Source of the DNA: a virus
Taxonomy: Duplodnaviria > Heunggongvirae > Uroviricota > Caudoviricetes
Virus record (IMG/VR): IMGVR_UViG_3300029107_000019
Strand: one strand, 5' to 3'
DNA length: 21,791 bases
Shown here piece by piece: positions 18,154-21,791 of this stretch (its first letter is position 1; the number at the start of each line of letters is the position of its first letter). A program made the position numbers and the translations under genes. The notes below the pieces were generated by a model, which saw only the letters and a program-made list of their open reading frames with translations, made no database searches and was not told the origin of the DNA.

Positions 18154-18233
18154 CAACCACTGAATGCATTTTTCTGGCAGCGGGCTTCATATTCTGTGTG
18201 CTTATGCTTGCCGACATGGGACTTGTTCAATGA
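18150..18233 (+). CDS. Possible 27-aa hydrophobic peptide (MTTTECIFLAAGFIFCVLMLADMGLVQ)
   Basis: ATG overlaps the upstream stop (ATGA) and its own stop overlaps the next ATG (ATGA); single predicted TM helix; below the ORF-track cutoff; translated by hand. Confidence 0.35.
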   Translation: MTTTECIFLAAGFIFCVLMLADMGLVQ

Positions 18234-18445
18234 CACCTCAGCAAGAAAACGCCCTTCGCAGTATTGCCCGTCAGGCTAATTCTGAAATCAAAAAAGCCAG
18301 ACAGCAGTTTCCGGATAAAAACGTCGATGACATTTGCCGTAGCGTACTGAAGAAGCACCGCGAAACGGTAACGCTGATGGGATTCACACCGACTCATTTA
18401 AGCCTGGCGATCGGCATGTTAAACGGCGTCTTTAAGGAACGGTGA
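18230..18445 (+). CDS. Small early protein, 71 aa (lambda ea-region orf-like)
   Basis: MTPQQENALRSIARQANSEIKKARQQF...; ATG coupled to the upstream micro-ORF; the ORF-track start at 18164 is in the same frame but is probably an N-terminal extension. Confidence 0.5.
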   Translation: MTPQQENALRSIARQANSEIKKARQQFPDKNVDDICRSVLKKHRETVTLMGFTPTHLSLAIGMLNGVFKER

Positions 18446-18543
18446 ACATGAAAAGCAAAATCATCAGGGAGCTACAGGCTCCTTTTTTATTGTTCGCATT
18501 CACCCTCAAGCGTATTAACCAACAATTCAGGGATTAATGAAAG

Positions 18544-18762
18544 ATGGCAGACATCATTGATTCAGCATCAGAAATCGAAGAATTACAGCGCAATACAGCA
18601 ATAAAAATGCGTCGTCTGAACTACCAGACTGTATCCGCAACTCATTGTTGTGAATGTGGCGATCCGATAGATGAGCGAAGACGCCTGGCTGTTCAGGGTT
18701 GTCGGACTTGTGCAAGTTGCCAGGAGGAGATCGAACTTAAGAACAAACAATGGGGACTGTGA
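18544..18762 (+). CDS. TraR/DksA-family C4 zinc-finger protein
   Basis: 72 aa with CxxC...CxxC (CCECGDPIDERRRLAVQGCRTCASC), typical of phage TraR-like proteins (lambda orf73-like). Confidence 0.75.
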   Translation: MADIIDSASEIEELQRNTAIKMRRLNYQTVSATHCCECGDPIDERRRLAVQGCRTCASCQEEIELKNKQWGL

Positions 18763-18809
18763 TGGCCTCAAAGCAGTAAATTTCAACATCGTCCAACTGA
18801 GGTGTAAAA

Positions 18810-19049
18810 ATGTTCAGAATCATTTTTCCTAACACCTGGTACGTCGACCACCACGGCACTCCCTGCAGAATCCTGCGTTCTACCCACAACAAAGTTCACT
18901 ACATCCGAAAAGGCAGAACATGTATCGCCAGCATGTTCCGCTTTAATCATGACTTTGAACCTGTGAATAAAGCTGATGCAGATCGGATAGCAGAAGAGAT
19001 CGAAACGGCAGAACACATTAAGAAGTTACGTGCCATACGCAGGAAATAG
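18810..19049 (+). CDS. Hypothetical protein, 79 aa
   Basis: ATG with GAGG RBS; no family recognised; sits between the TraR-like gene and xis. Confidence 0.45.
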   Translation: MFRIIFPNTWYVDHHGTPCRILRSTHNKVHYIRKGRTCIASMFRFNHDFEPVNKADADRIAEEIETAEHIKKLRAIRRK

Positions 19050-19188
19050 AAAAATTGATAAATTCAATACTGCATTTCTCAGCATTAAATTTATCTCTAT
19101 GACCAGTCAAGAGATGTACCTGCCATGAGCTTAATATCATGTCAGATATATCGGTCACAAACTCCCTCAGCAGCTAAGAGGAGGACAA

Positions 19189-19425
19189 ATGTCTCGACTA
19201 ATCACTTTACAGGACTGGGCTAAAGAAGAATTTGGGGACTTAGCACCAAGTGAGCGAGTTCTGAAAAAATACGCGCAAGGGAAAATGATGGCCCCACCCG
19301 CTATAAAAGTTGGTCGCTACTGGATGATTGACCGAAATTCCCGTTTTGTAGGAACGCTTGCAGAACCGCAACTCCCAATAAACGCAAACCCAAAACTCCA
19401 ACGGATAATCGCTGATGGCTGCTAG
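19189..19425 (+). CDS. xis: Excisionase (Xis)
   Basis: 78 aa; N-terminus LITLQDWA resembles lambda Xis LTLQEWNA; strong AAGAGGAGG RBS; 3' end overlaps int. Confidence 0.75.
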   Translation: MSRLITLQDWAKEEFGDLAPSERVLKKYAQGKMMAPPAIKVGRYWMIDRNSRFVGTLAEPQLPINANPKLQRIIADGC

Positions 19426-20557
19426 ACCCCGATCTCACAAAATCTCTATACCCAATTTATATTGCAAATTAGATAAGCGAACCGGAAAGGTATATTGGCA
19501 ATACAAACATCCACTATCCGGTCGTTTTCATAGCTTAGGAACTGATGAGAATGAAGCAAAACAAGTTGCTACTGAAGCAAATACCATTATTGCTGAACAA
19601 CGTACCCGACAAATATTAAGCGTCAATGAGCGTCTAGAAAGAATGAAAGGCAGGCGCTCAGACATTACGGTGACAGAATGGCTTGATAAATATATTTCTA
19701 TCCAGGAGGACAGGCTGCAACATAATGAACTAAAACCCAACTCCTATCGGCAAAAAGGTAAACCCATTCGTCTTTTCCGTGAGCATTGTGGAATGCAACA
19801 CCTCAAGGATATTACCGCACTTGATATTGCCGAAATAATTGATGCTGTAAAGGCTGAAGGTCATAACAGGATGGCGCAAGTCGTGAGAATGGTGTTGATC
19901 GACGTCTTCAAAGAAGCACAACACGCAGGACATGTTCCGCCAGGATTTAACCCAGCGCAGGCAACAAAACAACCGCGAAATCGAGTAAACCGCCAAAGAT
20001 TATCACTGCCCGAATGGCAGGCAATATTTGAAAGCATAAGCAGACGGCAGCCCTATTTAAAATGCGGCATGCTACTTGCTCTTGTTACTGGACAACGTTT
20101 AGGCGATATCTGCAATTTGAAATTCTCTGATATATGGGACGACATGTTGCACATTACTCAGGAAAAAACCGGTTCAAAACTTGCTATTCCGCTTAGCCTG
20201 AAATGCGATGCTCTGAATATTACCCTTCGTGAAGTTATATCTCAGTGCAGGGATGCTGTTGTTAGTAAATATCTGGTCCATTACCGTCACACTACCTCTC
20301 AAGCAAACAGAGGAGACCAGGTTTCTGCAAATACTCTTACAACGGCTTTTAAAAAGGCCAGGGAAAAATGTGGCATAAAATGGGAGCCAGGAACTGCGCC
20401 CACATTTCATGAGCAGCGATCTCTGTCAGAACGGTTATATCGGGAACAGGGTCTGGATACGCAAAAGTTGTTAGGTCATAAATCCAGAAAAATGACCGAC
20501 CGATACAATGATGATCGTGGTAAAGACTGGATTATCGTAGATATCAAAACAGCATAG
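19415..20557 (+). CDS. int: Tyrosine integrase (phage 21/e14-type, icd-targeting)
   Basis: 380 aa; C-terminal catalytic region with HxxR...Y (LGHKSRKMTDRY); adjacent to the icd 3' end. Confidence 0.9.
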   Translation: MAARPRSHKISIPNLYCKLDKRTGKVYWQYKHPLSGRFHSLGTDENEAKQVATEANTIIAEQRTRQILSVNERLERMKGRRSDITVTEWLDKYISIQEDRLQHNELKPNSYRQKGKPIRLFREHCGMQHLKDITALDIAEIIDAVKAEGHNRMAQVVRMVLIDVFKEAQHAGHVPPGFNPAQATKQPRNRVNRQRLSLPEWQAIFESISRRQPYLKCGMLLALVTGQRLGDICNLKFSDIWDDMLHITQEKTGSKLAIPLSLKCDALNITLREVISQCRDAVVSKYLVHYRHTTSQANRGDQVSANTLTTAFKKAREKCGIKWEPGTAPTFHEQRSLSERLYREQGLDTQKLLGHKSRKMTDRYNDDRGKDWIIVDIKTA

Positions 20558-20568
20558 AAAATAGCCAG

Positions 20569-20604
20569 TTTTGGGGAAGGGTTTTGGGGAAAGTTTTGGG
20601 GAAG
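20569..20604. repeat. Three tandem 12-bp direct repeats (GTTTTGGGGAAR) between int and icd; candidate arm-type Int binding sites within attL
   Basis: agttttggggaag-ggttttggggaaa-gttttggggaag read directly from the sequence. Confidence 0.45.
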
Positions 20605-20624
20605 ATTTTACATCATCATAAAAC

Positions 20625-20647
20625 AACGGGCGTGTTATACGCCCGTT
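20625..20647. terminator. Bidirectional hairpin terminator between int (+) and icd (-)
   Basis: aacgggcg-tgttata-cgcccgtt hairpin; U-rich flank on the minus strand (icd) and T-rich flank on the plus strand. Confidence 0.7.
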
Positions 20648-20670
20648 TCAATATTTAACACATGTAGTGA

Positions 20671-21789
20671 TTACATATTCTTGATGATCGCGTCACCAAA
20701 CTCTGAACATTTCAGCAGTTTAGCGCCTTCCATCAGACGTTCGAAGTCATAGGTTACAGTCTTGGCGTTGATCGCGCCTTCCATACCTTTAACAATCAGG
20801 TCTGCGGCTTCAGTCCAGCCCATATGGCGCAGCATCATCTCCGCGGAGAGAATGATAGAGCCTGGGTTTACTTTGTCCTGACCGGCATATTTCGGTGCTG
20901 TACCGTGGGTGGCTTCAAACAGTGCGCATTCGTCACCGATGTTTGCACCAGGGGCGATACCGATACCGCCAACCTGTGCTGCCAGTGCGTCAGAAATGTA
21001 GTCACCGTTGAGGTTCATACAGGCGATAACGTCGTATTCAGCCGGACGCAGCAGGATCTGTTGCAGGAATGCGTCAGCAATCACGTCTTTAATGACGATC
21101 TCTTTGCCGGTGTTCGGGTTTTTGACTTTCAGCCACGGGCCGCCGTCGATCAGTTCACCGCCAAACTCTTCACGCGCCAACTGGTAACCCCAGTCTTTAA
21201 ACGCGCCTTCGGTGAACTTCATGATATTGCCTTTGTGCACCAGGGTCACTGAGTCACGGTCGTTGGCAATTGCGTATTCTATTGCTGCTCGTACCAGACG
21301 TTTGGTGCCTTCTTCAGAACACGGCTTAATGCCGATACCGCAATGTTCCGGAAAGCGAATTTTCTTCACCCCCATCTCTTCACGCAGGAATTTGATCACT
21401 TTCTCAGCGTCAGCAGAGTCAGCTTTCCATTCGATACCTGCATAAATGTCTTCCGAGTTTTCACGGAAGATGACCATATCAGTCAATTCAGGGTGTTTAA
21501 CCGGGCTTGGAGTGCCCTGGTAGTAACGAACCGGGCGCAGGCAGATGTAGAGATCCAGTTCCTGGCGCAGTGCTACGTTCAGAGAACGAATACCGCCACC
21601 AACCGGAGTAGTCAGCGGGCCTTTGATGGCAACGCGATATTCACGAATCAGATCAAGGGTTTCAGCAGGTAGCCAGACGTCCTGACCATAAACCTGGGTG
21701 GATTTTTCACCGGTGTAAATTTCCATCCAGGAGATTTTACGCTCGCCTTTATAGGCTTTCTCGACTGCAGCGTCGACCACTTTCAGCAT
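20671..21789 (-). CDS. icd: Isocitrate dehydrogenase (NADP-dependent), 5'-truncated by the window edge; 3' end supplied by the prophage
   Basis: 372 aa of Icd in the window; the C-terminus (...[23 protein letters not shown]) differs at two positions from the K-12 Icd terminus I recall (D to E, E to K), as expected when an icd-integrating phage replaces the gene's 3' end. Confidence 0.95.
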   Translation of the reverse strand: MLKVVDAAVEKAYKGERKISWMEIYTGEKSTQVYGQDVWLPAETLDLIREYRVAIKGPLTTPVGGGIRSLNVALRQELDLYICLRPVRYYQGTPSPVKHPELTDMVIFRENSEDIYAGIEWKADSADAEKVIKFLREEMGVKKIRFPEHCGIGIKPCSEEGTKRLVRAAIEYAIANDRDSVTLVHKGNIMKFTEGAFKDWGYQLAREEFGGELIDGGPWLKVKNPNTGKEIVIKDVIADAFLQQILLRPAEYDVIACMNLNGDYISDALAAQVGGIGIAPGANIGDECALFEATHGTAPKYAGQDKVNPGSIILSAEMMLRHMGWTEAADLIVKGMEGAINAKTVTYDFERLMEGAKLLKCSEFGDAIIKNM

Positions 21790-21791
21790 GG

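Noticed and set aside
18164-18229. N-terminal extension of the 18230 ORF (93-aa form starting at 18164)
   Set aside because: The ATG at 18230 is coupled to the micro-ORF stop; the extension is in frame but overlaps the 27-aa peptide in another frame. Cannot decide without expression data.
20824-21672. Plus-strand ORFs (142, 77 and 109 aa) inside icd
   Set aside because: Antisense to the highly conserved icd coding region.

Overview
This window is the right-hand ~22 kb of a lambda-like (lambdoid, phage 21/DLP12-type mosaic) prophage integrated into the 3' end of icd (isocitrate dehydrogenase). All protein identifications are by eye and from memory of family sequences; no search was run. Reading right to left, the window holds: icd with a phage-supplied 3' end (20671-21789, -), int and xis, a run of lambda-like small early ORFs, exo-bet-gam, a pL/OL-like promoter-operator, a two-gene operon in the rexAB position, a CI-type repressor, OR, cro-like, O with ori iterons, P, ren, a P22 immI-like mnt/arc/ant module, an intact IS3-family insertion sequence with 3-bp target duplication, a DLP12-like nin block (ybcN, ninE, ybcO, rusA, ylcG), Q, an antisense-oriented porin gene between Q and the lysis genes, a phage 21-type lysis cassette (pinholin, SAR endolysin, Rz with embedded Rz1), a T5orf172-like gene and a DUF1398 gene. 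The best candidates for an undescribed system are accessory loci of unknown function: the two-gene operon co-oriented with cI at 14494-15212 (classic abortive-infection/exclusion hotspot), the structured N-less pL leader plus ORF at 15476-15970, a lysine-rich gene beside the immI module, and a 118-aa gene with a GC-rich structured upstream region in the nin block.
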